From: Spirochaetia bacterium
GTDB lineage: Bacteria > Spirochaetota > Spirochaetia > SZUA-6 > Bin103
Assembly: GCA_965199955.1 (NCBI GenBank)
Contig: CBDATQ010000002.1
Coordinates: 1,184,001-1,248,000, forward strand
Length of the DNA: 64,000 nucleotides
Direction of reading: 5' to 3'
Translations under genes and position numbers: made by a program
The notes under the pieces: generated by a model
Told to the model about the DNA's origin: nothing
The model's input: the letters and a program-made list of their open reading frames with translations, nothing else
Database searches by the model: none
Part shown: in pieces, positions 10,296 through 19,728 of the stretch
How the letters are laid out: every line of letters begins with the position of its first letter
Numbering within the stretch: the first letter of the stretch is position 1

Positions 10296-11087
10296 ATGCT
10301 CCGCGTCTACTGGGTCTACCTGAAGACGACGCTTGCTCTGCAGCTCCAGTACCGCGTCGAGCTGGCGATCTGGATGCTGAACCGCATCATCGAGCCCACC
10401 GTCTACCTGGTGGTGTGGCGGACCGTGGCCGCGGCGCGCGGCGGGGTCGGCGGGTACGACGCCGCGGACTTCGCCGCCTACTTCATCACGCTGATGGTCG
10501 TGAACCAGCTCACGTTCACCTGGATCATCCACGAGTTCGAGTGGCGCATTCGCTCGGGCGAGCTGTCGTCGATGCTGCTCAAGCCCGTCCATCCCATCCA
10601 CGGCGACATCGCCGACAACCTCGGCTACAAGGTGCTCACCCTGGTGATTTTGCTGCCGGCGGCCGTCCTGCTGTCGGTGCTGTTCGAGCCGGCCTTCCGG
10701 TTCCGTGCCGCGACGCTCGCGCCGGCGGCGGCAGCCCTGGTGGTCGCCTACCTCATCCGCTTCTTCATCGACTGGGCGTTCGCCCTCAGCGCGTTCTGGA
10801 CGACGCGCACGGCCGCGATCAATCAGATCTATTTCCTGCTGCTGCTGTTCTGTTCCGGGCGGCTGGCGCCGCTGGAGCTGTTCCCGCGCTGGCTGGAGCG
10901 GATCACCTGGTACCTGCCGTTCCGGTGGGCGGTGTGGTTCCCGGTGGAGCTGGCGCTGGGACGGCTGAGTCCGGACGTGATTGCCGCCGGCTTCCGCATG
11001 CAGGCGCTGTGGCTGGTGCTGGGGCTGCTGCTGCTCCGGATCATGTGGCGGCTCGGAGTCCGCAAGTACGCGGCGGTGGGGTCCTGA
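10296..11087 (+). CDS. ABC-2 type permease (DUF990-like)
   Basis: LQYRVE, IRSGELSSMLLKP, LPF motifs; multiple TM helices. Confidence 0.85.
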   Translation: MLRVYWVYLKTTLALQLQYRVELAIWMLNRIIEPTVYLVVWRTVAAARGGVGGYDAADFAAYFITLMVVNQLTFTWIIHEFEWRIRSGELSSMLLKPVHPIHGDIADNLGYKVLTLVILLPAAVLLSVLFEPAFRFRAATLAPAAAALVVAYLIRFFIDWAFALSAFWTTRTAAINQIYFLLLLFCSGRLAPLELFPRWLERITWYLPFRWAVWFPVELALGRLSPDVIAAGFRMQALWLVLGLLLLRIMWRLGVRKYAAVGS

Positions 11088-11089
11088 GC

Positions 11090-11875
11090 GTGCACCGGCT
11101 GCGGGTGGCCTGGACCTTCCTCAGGATCGGCCTCCTGAACGAGCTGGCCTATCGCGCGAACCTGTACCTGCAGGTCCTGCAGTCCGGCGTGGCGGTGGCC
11201 GGGGCGATCGGCGGGCTGATGGTGGTGTTCGGCCACACCGACAGGCTGCGGGGCTGGGGCCCGGACGAGGTGCTGGCCGTGCTCGGCGTGTATCTGCTGA
11301 TGGGCGCGGCGATGGGCGGCGTCATCGAGCCGAGCATGCAGAAGCTGATGGAGGACGTGCGCCAGGGTACCCTGGACTACACCCTGACCAAGCCGGAGGA
11401 GGCGCAGTTCCTGGTCAGCGTGGCCGAGATCCGGGTGTGGAAGCTGGTCGACGTGGCGCTGGGGCTGGCCGTGCTGGGGGTGGCGCTGGCGCGGCGCGGC
11501 GCGGCCGTGGCGCCGGCCGACATGGCGCTGTTCGCGCTGATGCTGCTGGCCGGCGGGGCGATCGTCTACAGCTTCCTGCTGGCGATGGCGGCGGCGTCGT
11601 TCTGGTTCGTGCGCATCGGCAACATCCTGGTGATCTTCAGCGACCTGTATCAGGCGGCGCGCTGGCCGATCGGCATCTACCCGGGGTGGCTGCGGATGCT
11701 GCTCACGTTCGTGGTGCCGGTGGCGATCGCCATCACGGTACCGGCCGAGGCGCTGGTCGGCCGGCTGACCGGCAGCCGCGTGCTGCTGGCATGGGGCGTG
11801 GCGGCCGGCGCGCTGGCGGTTGCACGGTTCGTCTGGATGCGCGGGCTGCGGCACTACTCGGGTGCGTCGGCATGA
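11090..11875 (+). CDS. ABC-2 type permease (DUF990-like)
   Basis: LAYRAN, VRQGTLDYTLTKP, ARWPIGIY, GLRHYSGASA. Confidence 0.85.
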   Translation: MHRLRVAWTFLRIGLLNELAYRANLYLQVLQSGVAVAGAIGGLMVVFGHTDRLRGWGPDEVLAVLGVYLLMGAAMGGVIEPSMQKLMEDVRQGTLDYTLTKPEEAQFLVSVAEIRVWKLVDVALGLAVLGVALARRGAAVAPADMALFALMLLAGGAIVYSFLLAMAAASFWFVRIGNILVIFSDLYQAARWPIGIYPGWLRMLLTFVVPVAIAITVPAEALVGRLTGSRVLLAWGVAAGALAVARFVWMRGLRHYSGASA

Positions 11876-11980
11876 GCCGCGCGACCATGCGGGCGATGGT
11901 GCTGGCCCGCACCGGATCGCTCGCCGACGGCGGTCGGGACCCGCCGGTGTTGGAGTTGCGCCGGCTCCCGGTGCCCGAGC
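11872..11980 (+). pseudogene. N-terminal stub of a zinc-binding alcohol dehydrogenase
   Basis: MRAMVLAR...LELRRLPVPE, then similarity stops. Confidence 0.5.
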
Positions 11981-12338
11981 TTCGACTGGACGCAGGTGCC
12001 CGAGATGCCGCAACGGTTCGAGAACCTGGTCGCGATGGCGCTCCTGAACTGGGTCCACCAGCAACAGGATGCCGAGGGGAGAGACCTGGACCTTCGCTAT
12101 TTTCGCGACGTCGACGGACGGGAGGTCGACTTCGTCGTCACCGAGCGCACCGGCCCAGTGCTGCTGGTGGAGGCCAAGTGGTCGGATTCGGGAGTGGACC
12201 GCAACCTTCGCTACCTGAAGCGACGCTTTTCCCGATGCCGAATCGTGGCAGCTCAGCGCGACGGGCAGCAAGGACGTTCGGACCCCGGAGGGCATCCGCC
12301 TGGCGCCCGCTGCGACGCTGCTCAGCGGACTGGCATAG
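11981..12338 (+). pseudogene. C-terminal fragment of an AAA+ ATPase/DUF4143 protein
   Basis: FENLVA...LRYFRDVDGREVDFVV...LVEAKW; no ATPase domain; additional frameshift ~12230. Confidence 0.7.
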
Positions 12339-12350
12339 GCTGACAAGTGG

Positions 12351-12773
12351 TCAGCCGCGTGAACGGTCCCGGTGCTCCCTGCGGGTGACCAGCTTGAGGC
12401 CGGACCAGACGTCGTCCACCGCGCAGACCTTCACGTCCACCAGGCCGAGCGGGAGCGCGTAACGGCGGACGTCGTCCTCGCCGATCTGGCTCGGCACGCC
12501 GGAGGAGCGCTTCGGCCACGACACCCAGATCATCCCGTCCGGAGCGATTTGCCGCATCGCGAGAGGCAGCGTGTCCGCCAACTCGCGCTCGGAGCGGGTG
12601 AACAGGTGCCAGAGGTCGACGTTCGCGCGGAAGCGGGGCGAGATCGTTACTCCGTCGGAGTCGTCGATGCCGACCAGGTCACCGTACGACATCGGCTCGT
12701 TCTTCGGCCGGATCCGGAAGCCTGGCTTGATGCCGAGCTTCTTCGCCAGTGGGGTGCCCGAGTAGCCTGCCAT
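12351..12773 (-). CDS. DUF3052-family protein
   Basis: MAGYSGTPLAKKLGIK...WVSWPKRSS...GLVDVKVCAVDDVWSGLK. Confidence 0.8.
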   Translation of the reverse strand: MAGYSGTPLAKKLGIKPGFRIRPKNEPMSYGDLVGIDDSDGVTISPRFRANVDLWHLFTRSERELADTLPLAMRQIAPDGMIWVSWPKRSSGVPSQIGEDDVRRYALPLGLVDVKVCAVDDVWSGLKLVTRREHRDRSRG

Positions 12774-12842
12774 CCGTTGCAGGCGATCTTCGCACGGGCT
12801 GCGGCCGTCGCCTTCGCACGGCCGTGGGGTGACGGTCGGTCG

Positions 12843-13045
12843 CTATGCCAGGTCCAGCCTGACCTCGAGCAACTCCGCGGCGCGGGCCAGGAGCGCCGAC
12901 AGCGTCGTGGCCAGCTCCTGCGCCTCGGTGCCGAACAGGTACGCCTCGGCCGCCGTGAACTGGCGCCCGGCCCGCTCCTCCTCGTAGAGGCTGCTGACGT
13001 AGCCGACGAGCTGAGTGAATCCATCGTTGATGCGGGAGTCCAGGT
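12843..13045 (-). pseudogene. C-terminal fragment of an EfeO/imelysin-like iron uptake protein
   Basis: GFTQLVGYVSSLYEEERAGRQFTAAEAYLFGTEAQELA...; no start, abuts an FTR1 fragment. Confidence 0.45.
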
Positions 13046-13059
13046 CAGCATCGGCGCCG

Positions 13060-13328
13060 GCGCCGCCGGCCAGGCCGTCGGCTGGGTGCCGCTGTCGCCG
13101 ATCTTCGGGCTGGCGCTGCCCTACTGGATCGGCACCTGGTTCGGCGTCTATCCTACGTGGCAGACCATGGGCGGCCAGGTTGCGGCCGCCGGCTTCGTGA
13201 TCGGCAGCTACTTCGTGGCGCGCTTGCGCCTGCGAAGCGGCCGCTCACGGGTGCCGGCAGGGCTGACATCGTGGCGCCGGCTGGTGAAGCTGCCCGCCAA
13301 GGCGCGTTCAGTGCTCCAGCCCGATTGA
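13060..13328 (+). pseudogene. C-terminal fragment of an FTR1/EfeU iron permease
   Basis: QAVGWVPLSPI...LPYWIGTWFGVYPTWQT...QVAAAGFVIGSYF. Confidence 0.6.
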
Positions 13329-13352
13329 TGTCGCGTAGTCCAACAAGAACGG

Positions 13353-14639
13353 ATGATTCGCGCCTGGCTTCTGGATTACCGCTCTCTTGCGCCGCTGGTG
13401 GCGAGCGAGGCGGCGGCAGCAGCCACCACGCTCCCCGACCGGCTGGGCGTGGCGATGGCGCGGGTGGGCGGCCGGCGCCCGGAGTGGGCGGCGCTGTCGA
13501 CCTGTCACCGCTGCGAGGTGTACAGCCACGGGGTGAGCGCCGAGTGGCTGCTCGGCGTGTTCCGGGAACACTTCCCGCCGGCCGCCCGGGCAGGCCTCAC
13601 GGCGGTCGGTGACGGGTGCGCCGCCCGTCACCTGATGCGCGTGGCCGCCGGGCTCGATGCGATGCTGCTGGGCGAGACCGATGTCCAGCGCCAGGTGGCC
13701 GCGACGCTGGCGGGGGCGACGGAGGCAGGCAGCGCCGGTCCGGTGGTACACGCGCTGTTCGGAGCGGCGCTCCACGCCGGCAAGCGGGTGCGAACGGAGA
13801 CCGGCATCGGCCGGCACGCCGCGTCGCTTGCGTCGGCGGCGGTCGATCTGGTCGTCGAGCGTCTCGACCCGGTCGAGCGAGTGCACGCGCTGGTGTTCGG
13901 CGCCGGAACGATGGCCCGGCGCGCCTGCGAGCGGCTGGACGCGCGCGGCATCCGGCGACTGACCGTGATCAACCGCACGCTGGCGCGTGCCGAGAGCCTT
14001 GCCGCGCTCCATGGCGGCCGTGCCGCTCCGTGGGCCGAAGCTGCCGACGCGCTGCGCGCGGCCGACGTGGCGATTGCGGCCACCGCGGCCCCGGAGCCGT
14101 TCATCTGCGCGGAGCTGCTGCGCGACGTGATGGAGACGCGGAGGGGGAAGCCGCTGCACCTGGTCGACCTGGCCCTGCCTCAGAACGTGCATCCCGACGT
14201 CGCCGCCGTCGAGGATGTCCGCCACTACGACTTCGACGACCTGGAAGAGGCCACCCGCGCCAGCCGTGCGGCGCGTGCCGCGGAGGTGCCGCGCGCGGAG
14301 GCGATCATCGATCAGGAGGTGGCGCGATTCGTGTCGTGGCTGCGCGAGCACGAGGTCGCGCCGGCGCTGCGCCTGCTCGGGGAGCTGGCCACGGCGGCGC
14401 GCGACGCGGAGCTGGAACGGGCATGGCGGCGCATGCCGGAACTCACGGACCGGCAGCGGCGGGTGGTGCAGTCGCTGGCTCACAACCTGGCGCGGCGCCT
14501 GGTGCGCCAGCCCATGCTGCGCCTGCGCGACGCAGCCGGAAGCGACCGGGCGGGACGCTACCGGGAGGCGCTGGAGCACCTGTTTACCGACCCGGCCGCC
14601 GACGAGCCCGATGCCCCCGATGACAAGGAGCGATCATGA
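13353..14639 (+). CDS. hemA: Glutamyl-tRNA reductase
   Basis: STCHRCEVY catalytic Cys, HLMRVAAGLDAMLLGE, GAGTMA, INRT, DLALPQNV. Confidence 0.9.
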   Translation: MIRAWLLDYRSLAPLVASEAAAAATTLPDRLGVAMARVGGRRPEWAALSTCHRCEVYSHGVSAEWLLGVFREHFPPAARAGLTAVGDGCAARHLMRVAAGLDAMLLGETDVQRQVAATLAGATEAGSAGPVVHALFGAALHAGKRVRTETGIGRHAASLASAAVDLVVERLDPVERVHALVFGAGTMARRACERLDARGIRRLTVINRTLARAESLAALHGGRAAPWAEAADALRAADVAIAATAAPEPFICAELLRDVMETRRGKPLHLVDLALPQNVHPDVAAVEDVRHYDFDDLEEATRASRAARAAEVPRAEAIIDQEVARFVSWLREHEVAPALRLLGELATAARDAELERAWRRMPELTDRQRRVVQSLAHNLARRLVRQPMLRLRDAAGSDRAGRYREALEHLFTDPAADEPDAPDDKERS

Positions 14640-15340
14640 CCGAGTCCGACGGACCCCGACAAACGCCGCGCACGCTCAGCCATTTCACCCTGCTGAAGTT
14701 CACGCCGGCCTACTGGCTGCTCGACGACGAAGAGCGCCGGCGGCGGCGCCGGTCCCTGTGGGAGGGGCTGGCCGGCGTGGCGGATGCCCGACACCTCTAT
14801 CAGGTGTTCCCGCTGCACGACACCGCCGATCTGCTGGTCTGGACGGCCCTGCGGTCGGCCGAGCCCGAGCGCGTTCACGCCTATTTCCGGGAATACGCGC
14901 AGGTGCTCGCGCCCCTGCGGGCGCTGACGGAGGTCAGGCAACCGCTCTGGGGCTTCACGCGGCCGTCCACGTATACCAGGTCGCGGTCAACCCAGGAGGT
15001 GGATCCGTTCACCCCGGAGCGCAAGCGCTTCCTGGTCGTCTATCCGTTCGTGAAGACCAGCGCCTGGTACGCGCTGAGCCGCGACACGCGGCAGGGGATG
15101 ATGAATGGACACATCCGCGTCGGCAAGGAGTACCCGGACGTCACCCAGCTTCTGCTGTACTCGGTGGGCGTGCAGGATCAGGAGTTCGTGGTCGTCTATG
15201 AAACCGACGACCTGACCCGCTTCTCCGATCTCGTCAACGAGCTGCGGAGCACCGAGGCGCGGGCCTACACGGAACGCGACACGCCGTTGACGACCGCCCT
15301 CCACCACGCCGGGGGAGGCGCCCTGGAGCTGCTCGGATGA
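14636..15340 (+). CDS. chdC: Coproheme decarboxylase (HemQ, chlorite-dismutase fold)
   Basis: YPFVK signature, WY-L, RQGMMNGH proximal His; hem operon context. Confidence 0.8.
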   Translation: MTESDGPRQTPRTLSHFTLLKFTPAYWLLDDEERRRRRRSLWEGLAGVADARHLYQVFPLHDTADLLVWTALRSAEPERVHAYFREYAQVLAPLRALTEVRQPLWGFTRPSTYTRSRSTQEVDPFTPERKRFLVVYPFVKTSAWYALSRDTRQGMMNGHIRVGKEYPDVTQLLLYSVGVQDQEFVVVYETDDLTRFSDLVNELRSTEARAYTERDTPLTTALHHAGGGALELLG

Positions 15341-15362
15341 CCTGTCCCTTCGGAGGACCCGC

Positions 15363-16427
15363 GTGAACGCCGCGCCCCTGCTGGCGGCCTGTCGGCGCCG
15401 GCCGGCGACGCGCGTGCCGATCTGGCTGATGCGGCAGGCGGGCCGCTACCTGCCCGAGTACCGGGCGTTGCGCGCCCGGCACGGCATGCTCGACATCATC
15501 GGCGACCCCGAGCTCGCGGCCACGGTCACGCTGCAGCCGCTGCAGCGGTTCGACCTGGACGCCGCCATCATCTTTGCCGACATCCTGCCGCCGCTGATCG
15601 GCATGGGACTGGACCTGTCGTTCGGCAACGGCACCAGTCCGGCGATCCACAACCCGGTCCGGTCGGCGGCGGACGTCGAGGCGCTGCGGGTTCCCGAACC
15701 GCGTGAACACCTGCGCCCCACGCTGCGTGCGCTGGAGCTGGTCCGACGCGAATTGCCGCCCACGGTGGCCCTGATCGGCTTCGCCGGAGCGCCGTTCACC
15801 TTGGCCACCTATGCGGTGGAAGGCAGCACGTCGCGCCAGTTCACCCTCACCAAGCGGATGATGTTCGAGCAGCCGGCGGCGTGGCGTGCCTTGATGGCGA
15901 AGCTGGCCCGGCTGGTGACCGACTATCTGATCGCCCAGGCGGAGGCCGGTGCGCAGGTGCTGCAGATCTTCGACAGTTGGGTGGGAACGCTGTCCGCACA
16001 GGACTACCAGGAGCATGTCCTGCCCCATGTCCGGGAGGTGTGCGCCGGCGTGCGGCGGACCGGCGTACCTCTGATCTACTTCAGCACCGGCACCGGCGGA
16101 ATGCTGGACCTCTTGGGCAGCCTGCCGTGCGCGGTGCTGAGCCTGGACTGGCGCGTGGACCTTGTCTCGGCGCGGCGGGCGCTGCCGGGGCATCTGGCGC
16201 TGCAGGGCAACCTGGAGCCGGCGCTGCTGTTCGCGCCACCGGAGGTGCTGGAGCAGCGGGCGCGCGTCATCCTCGCCGGCGCGGCCGACGATCCGGGGTT
16301 CATATTCAACCTCGGTCACGGGATCCTTCCACAGACGCCGCCGGAGTCCGTCGCCCGGCTGGTCGAAGTCGTGCACGGCCATGAGGTGCCGGTGCCGGGC
16401 GCTGCCTCCGGCCCCGCGGGCGCATGA
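15363..16427 (+). CDS. hemE: Uroporphyrinogen decarboxylase
   Basis: PIWLMRQAGRYLPEYR, IGFAGAPFTLATY, QIFDSW, FNLGHGI. Confidence 0.95.
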   Translation: MNAAPLLAACRRRPATRVPIWLMRQAGRYLPEYRALRARHGMLDIIGDPELAATVTLQPLQRFDLDAAIIFADILPPLIGMGLDLSFGNGTSPAIHNPVRSAADVEALRVPEPREHLRPTLRALELVRRELPPTVALIGFAGAPFTLATYAVEGSTSRQFTLTKRMMFEQPAAWRALMAKLARLVTDYLIAQAEAGAQVLQIFDSWVGTLSAQDYQEHVLPHVREVCAGVRRTGVPLIYFSTGTGGMLDLLGSLPCAVLSLDWRVDLVSARRALPGHLALQGNLEPALLFAPPEVLEQRARVILAGAADDPGFIFNLGHGILPQTPPESVARLVEVVHGHEVPVPGAASGPAGA

Positions 16428-17347
16428 CCTCGCTCGGGCTGCTGGTGATGGCCTACGGCGGCCCGGATTCCTTGGACGACGTGGGGCCGTACCTGCTGGA
16501 CATCCGCGGCGGGCGGCCGACGCCGGCGGCGCTGGTGGAGGAGATTCGCGATCGCTACCGGCGCATCGGCGGCAGCTCACCCCTGCGTGCCATCACGGAG
16601 GCGCAGGCCGCCGCTCTGGGGCGCGAGCTGCGCGGGCGCGGCATGGCGGTCACGGTGGCGGTGGGCATGCGCCACTGGCACCCCCGCATCGCCACGGCCG
16701 TCGGGCTGCTGGCGGAGCAGGGGGCGACGTCAGCCGTCGGGCTGGCGCTGGCGCCGCATTACTCGCGCCGCAGCGTCGGTGCGTATCAGGATCAGGTGCG
16801 TGCCGCGGTGGCCGGTCTTGCGGAGCCGCTTCGCTTCGGTTTCGTCTCCCACTTCGGCGATCATCCGCGGTTCGTCGACGCCGTCGCGCGCGATCTGGGG
16901 CGGGTCAGGGAGTCGCTGCACGACGCGGAGGCGGCCCGCGTGCTGTTCTCGGCACACAGCCTGCCGGCCGATTGGGTGAGCGGCGGCGACCCCTATCCGG
17001 AGCAGCTTCGCGCCTCCGCCGAATCGGTGGCGGCCGCGGCCGGTCTGGAGCCGTCGCGGTGGCGACTGTGCTACCAGTCCGCCGGGGCGCGGCCGGGAAC
17101 GTGGCTGGGGCCGCCGCTGGAAGACGAGGTCCGGCGCGCCGCGGCCGACGGTGTGCGCGAGGTGACGGTCGTGCCGTTCGGATTCGTCGCCGATCACGTG
17201 GAGATCCTGTTCGACCTCGACATCGAGCTCCGCGAGCTCGGCGACTCGCTTGGGGTGACGGTGACCCGCACGCCCTCGCTCGGCACCGATCCGGAGTTGA
17301 TCGCGGCGCTGGCGGATCGGGTGCAGGATGCGGCGGCCCTGATCTGA
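16424..17347 (+). CDS. hemH: Ferrochelatase (coproporphyrin type by context, CpfC)
   Basis: LLVMAYGGP, IGGSSPL, LFSAHSLP, DPYPEQ, WLGP, FVADHVEILFDLD. Confidence 0.92.
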   Translation: MTSLGLLVMAYGGPDSLDDVGPYLLDIRGGRPTPAALVEEIRDRYRRIGGSSPLRAITEAQAAALGRELRGRGMAVTVAVGMRHWHPRIATAVGLLAEQGATSAVGLALAPHYSRRSVGAYQDQVRAAVAGLAEPLRFGFVSHFGDHPRFVDAVARDLGRVRESLHDAEAARVLFSAHSLPADWVSGGDPYPEQLRASAESVAAAAGLEPSRWRLCYQSAGARPGTWLGPPLEDEVRRAAADGVREVTVVPFGFVADHVEILFDLDIELRELGDSLGVTVTRTPSLGTDPELIAALADRVQDAAALI

Positions 17348-17360
17348 TGTCGCCGACCTG

Positions 17361-18767
17361 ATGTCGCTGCCGCGGGTCGTCGTGGTGGGGGGCGGGATCA
17401 CCGGTCTGGCCGCCGCCTGGTACCTGCGGCGGATCGCGCAGGAAGGACCGCGCGGCTTCGAGGTGGTGGTGCTGGAAGCCGAGCCGGAGGCCGGCGGCAA
17501 ACTGCGCACCGAGCGCTGTCACGGCTTGCTCGTCGAGGCGGGGCCCGACTCGTTCCTGGCCGGCAAACCCGCGGCCGTCGATCTCTGCCGCGAGCTGGGC
17601 CTTGCCGAGGCCCTGATCCCGCAGCAGGAGCCGCGCGGCGCCTACGTCTCACGCCGCGGCCGGCTGGTGCCGATCCCGCCTGGCATGCGGCTGGTCCATC
17701 CCACGCGGCCATGGCCGTTCCTGCGCTCTCCGCTTCTGTCGCTGCCCGGGCGCATCCGCGCACTGGCACACCCGCTGGTGCGGGCGAGTCGCAGCGGCGA
17801 CGAGAGCGTCGGCGCGTTCGTGCAGCGGCGCTACGGAGCGGAGCTGCTGACGGTCCTCGGAGAGCCGCTGCTGGCCGGCATTCACCTCGCCGACCCGTGG
17901 CGCCTCAGCCTGCAGGCTACCTTCCCGGCCCTGCGTGCTCCGGTGCGCCGAGCGCGGCCGGGCGCGACAGCGCCTGAAGGGCCCGCGCAGCTACGGGGCA
18001 GTCCGTTCGCCAGCCTCGAAGGTGGAGTGCAACAACTCGTCGATGCGTTGTGCACGCACCTCGGCGGTTGCGTGCGGGTGGGCGCCCCGGTCACCCGCGT
18101 CGTTCCTGCGGCAGGCGGCTACCGGGTGCACCTGCGGAGCGCCGTCGATGCACCCCTCGCCGCCGCGGCCGTGGTCGTGACCACGCCGGCCGCCGGCGCC
18201 GCGAGGCTCGCGAGAACGGCGAATCCACGGCTCGCGGCTCTGTTGGCCCGGGCCGAGGCTGCGTCCTCGGTCATCGTCACCCTGGGCTACCGCGACCCGC
18301 GGGTGGCGCTTCCGCTGGCCGGGTCGGGCTTCCTCGTTCCGCGCGACGAGAACAGCAGGCTTCTGGCCTGCACCTGGAGCTCTGCCAAGTGGGCGGGACG
18401 CGCGCCGGCCGGCGGCGTCCTGCTGCGCGGTTTCCTGGGCGGCTGGCGCCATCCGGAGGCGCTGGCCCTCGGCGACGGGGAGCTGATCGCGTTGCTGCAG
18501 GACGAGCTCTCCGTCGCCCTGGGTGGCTCGTTCTCGCGCGCCGTACAGCCGGCGGTGAGCCGGGTGCACCGCTGGCCGGCCGGCACGCCGCTCTACCGCG
18601 TCGGTCACGCGGACTGGCTGGCCGGGGTCCGCGCCGCGTGCGCCGCAAGCCACGGGCTCTGGCTGGCCGGCGCCCCCTACGACGGCGTGGGCATCCCGGA
18701 TTGCATCCGCCAGGCACGTGAAACCGCGGCAGCCGTCGCCGCGTACCTGCTCGGCGGGCGCACGTAA
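17361..18767 (+). CDS. hemY: Coproporphyrinogen/protoporphyrinogen oxidase (HemY/CgoX)
   Basis: GGGITGLAAA, EAGPDSF, GFLVP, TWSSAKW, GVGIPDCI. Confidence 0.92.
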   Translation: MSLPRVVVVGGGITGLAAAWYLRRIAQEGPRGFEVVVLEAEPEAGGKLRTERCHGLLVEAGPDSFLAGKPAAVDLCRELGLAEALIPQQEPRGAYVSRRGRLVPIPPGMRLVHPTRPWPFLRSPLLSLPGRIRALAHPLVRASRSGDESVGAFVQRRYGAELLTVLGEPLLAGIHLADPWRLSLQATFPALRAPVRRARPGATAPEGPAQLRGSPFASLEGGVQQLVDALCTHLGGCVRVGAPVTRVVPAAGGYRVHLRSAVDAPLAAAAVVVTTPAAGAARLARTANPRLAALLARAEAASSVIVTLGYRDPRVALPLAGSGFLVPRDENSRLLACTWSSAKWAGRAPAGGVLLRGFLGGWRHPEALALGDGELIALLQDELSVALGGSFSRAVQPAVSRVHRWPAGTPLYRVGHADWLAGVRAACAASHGLWLAGAPYDGVGIPDCIRQARETAAAVAAYLLGGRT

Positions 18768-18844
18768 CGCCCTGCGTGGCGCGTGCGCAGGTGGCGGCGG
18801 CCCCATCGCTTGTCGAAGGTCTCCTTCCACCGCGCGGGAAGCCG

Positions 18845-19717
18845 TCACGGCCGGGCTGTCGCGTCCTCGGGCCGGATGGGTTCATCGCAGACCTCGAGCT
18901 CGACTCCGTATGGCGCCAAGCGCTTGGCCATGACCCGGATCGCCTCGGGGCTGTTGTCGATCAGGAGGAAATCGCGGCCGAGGCGCGCGGCAGCCTCGCC
19001 CAGAGTTCCGCTGCCGGCGAAGAAGTCGATCACCAGGTCGCCGGGAAGCGTGTGGACGCGGACGATGCGCTCGATGATGCCAAGAGGTTTCTGCGTCGCG
19101 TAGCCGGTTTTCTCCTTGCCATTCGGACTGACGATCGTATGCCACCAGACGTCGGTGGGAGTCTTGCCGCGAGCGGCTTTCTCGGGACCCACCAGGCTGG
19201 GGGCCATGTAGGGAATCCTGTCGATTTCTTCGTACTGGAAGACGTAGCTCTGCGGGTCCTTGGCATACCAGAGGAGGTTGTCGTGCTTGGCCGGCCATCT
19301 CGACTTGGAGCGCGCGCCATAGTCGTATGCCCAGATGATCTCGTTGATGAACGACTGCCGACCGAACAGATCGTCCAGCAGTACCTTGCAGTAATGGACC
19401 TCCCGGTAATCCACATGCAGGAAGAACGATCCATTCGGCTTGAGCACGCGCCACGCTTCCCGAAATCGAGGCTCCAGGAAGCCCAGGTAGTCGTCGAACG
19501 TGTCGGAATAGCCGCTGGAGCCAAGCTTGATCGTCCGATACCGCTTGCCCTGGAAGCCGGTGCGGTCGCCGGCCACCTCGTCGCGACTCGTTCGCAGGGT
19601 CTTCCTCGACTGAGTCCGCCCCGTGTTGAACGGAGGGTCGATGTAGATGAGCGCGGCCGACTCGTCCGGAATCGCCGCGAGGGCCTGGAGATTGTCGGCG
19701 TGGATGACTCTGCGCAT
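18845..19717 (-). CDS. Orphan amino (N6A/N4C) DNA methyltransferase, beta class
   Basis: IYIDPPFN precedes YATQKP and DFFAGSGT; no adjacent endonuclease. Confidence 0.88.
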   Translation of the reverse strand: MRRVIHADNLQALAAIPDESAALIYIDPPFNTGRTQSRKTLRTSRDEVAGDRTGFQGKRYRTIKLGSSGYSDTFDDYLGFLEPRFREAWRVLKPNGSFFLHVDYREVHYCKVLLDDLFGRQSFINEIIWAYDYGARSKSRWPAKHDNLLWYAKDPQSYVFQYEEIDRIPYMAPSLVGPEKAARGKTPTDVWWHTIVSPNGKEKTGYATQKPLGIIERIVRVHTLPGDLVIDFFAGSGTLGEAAARLGRDFLLIDNSPEAIRVMAKRLAPYGVELEVCDEPIRPEDATARP

Positions 19718-19728
19718 CGGCGCAGCGT

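Noticed and set aside
14636..15340. Chlorite dismutase
   Set aside because: The YPFVK signature and hem operon context favour ChdC.
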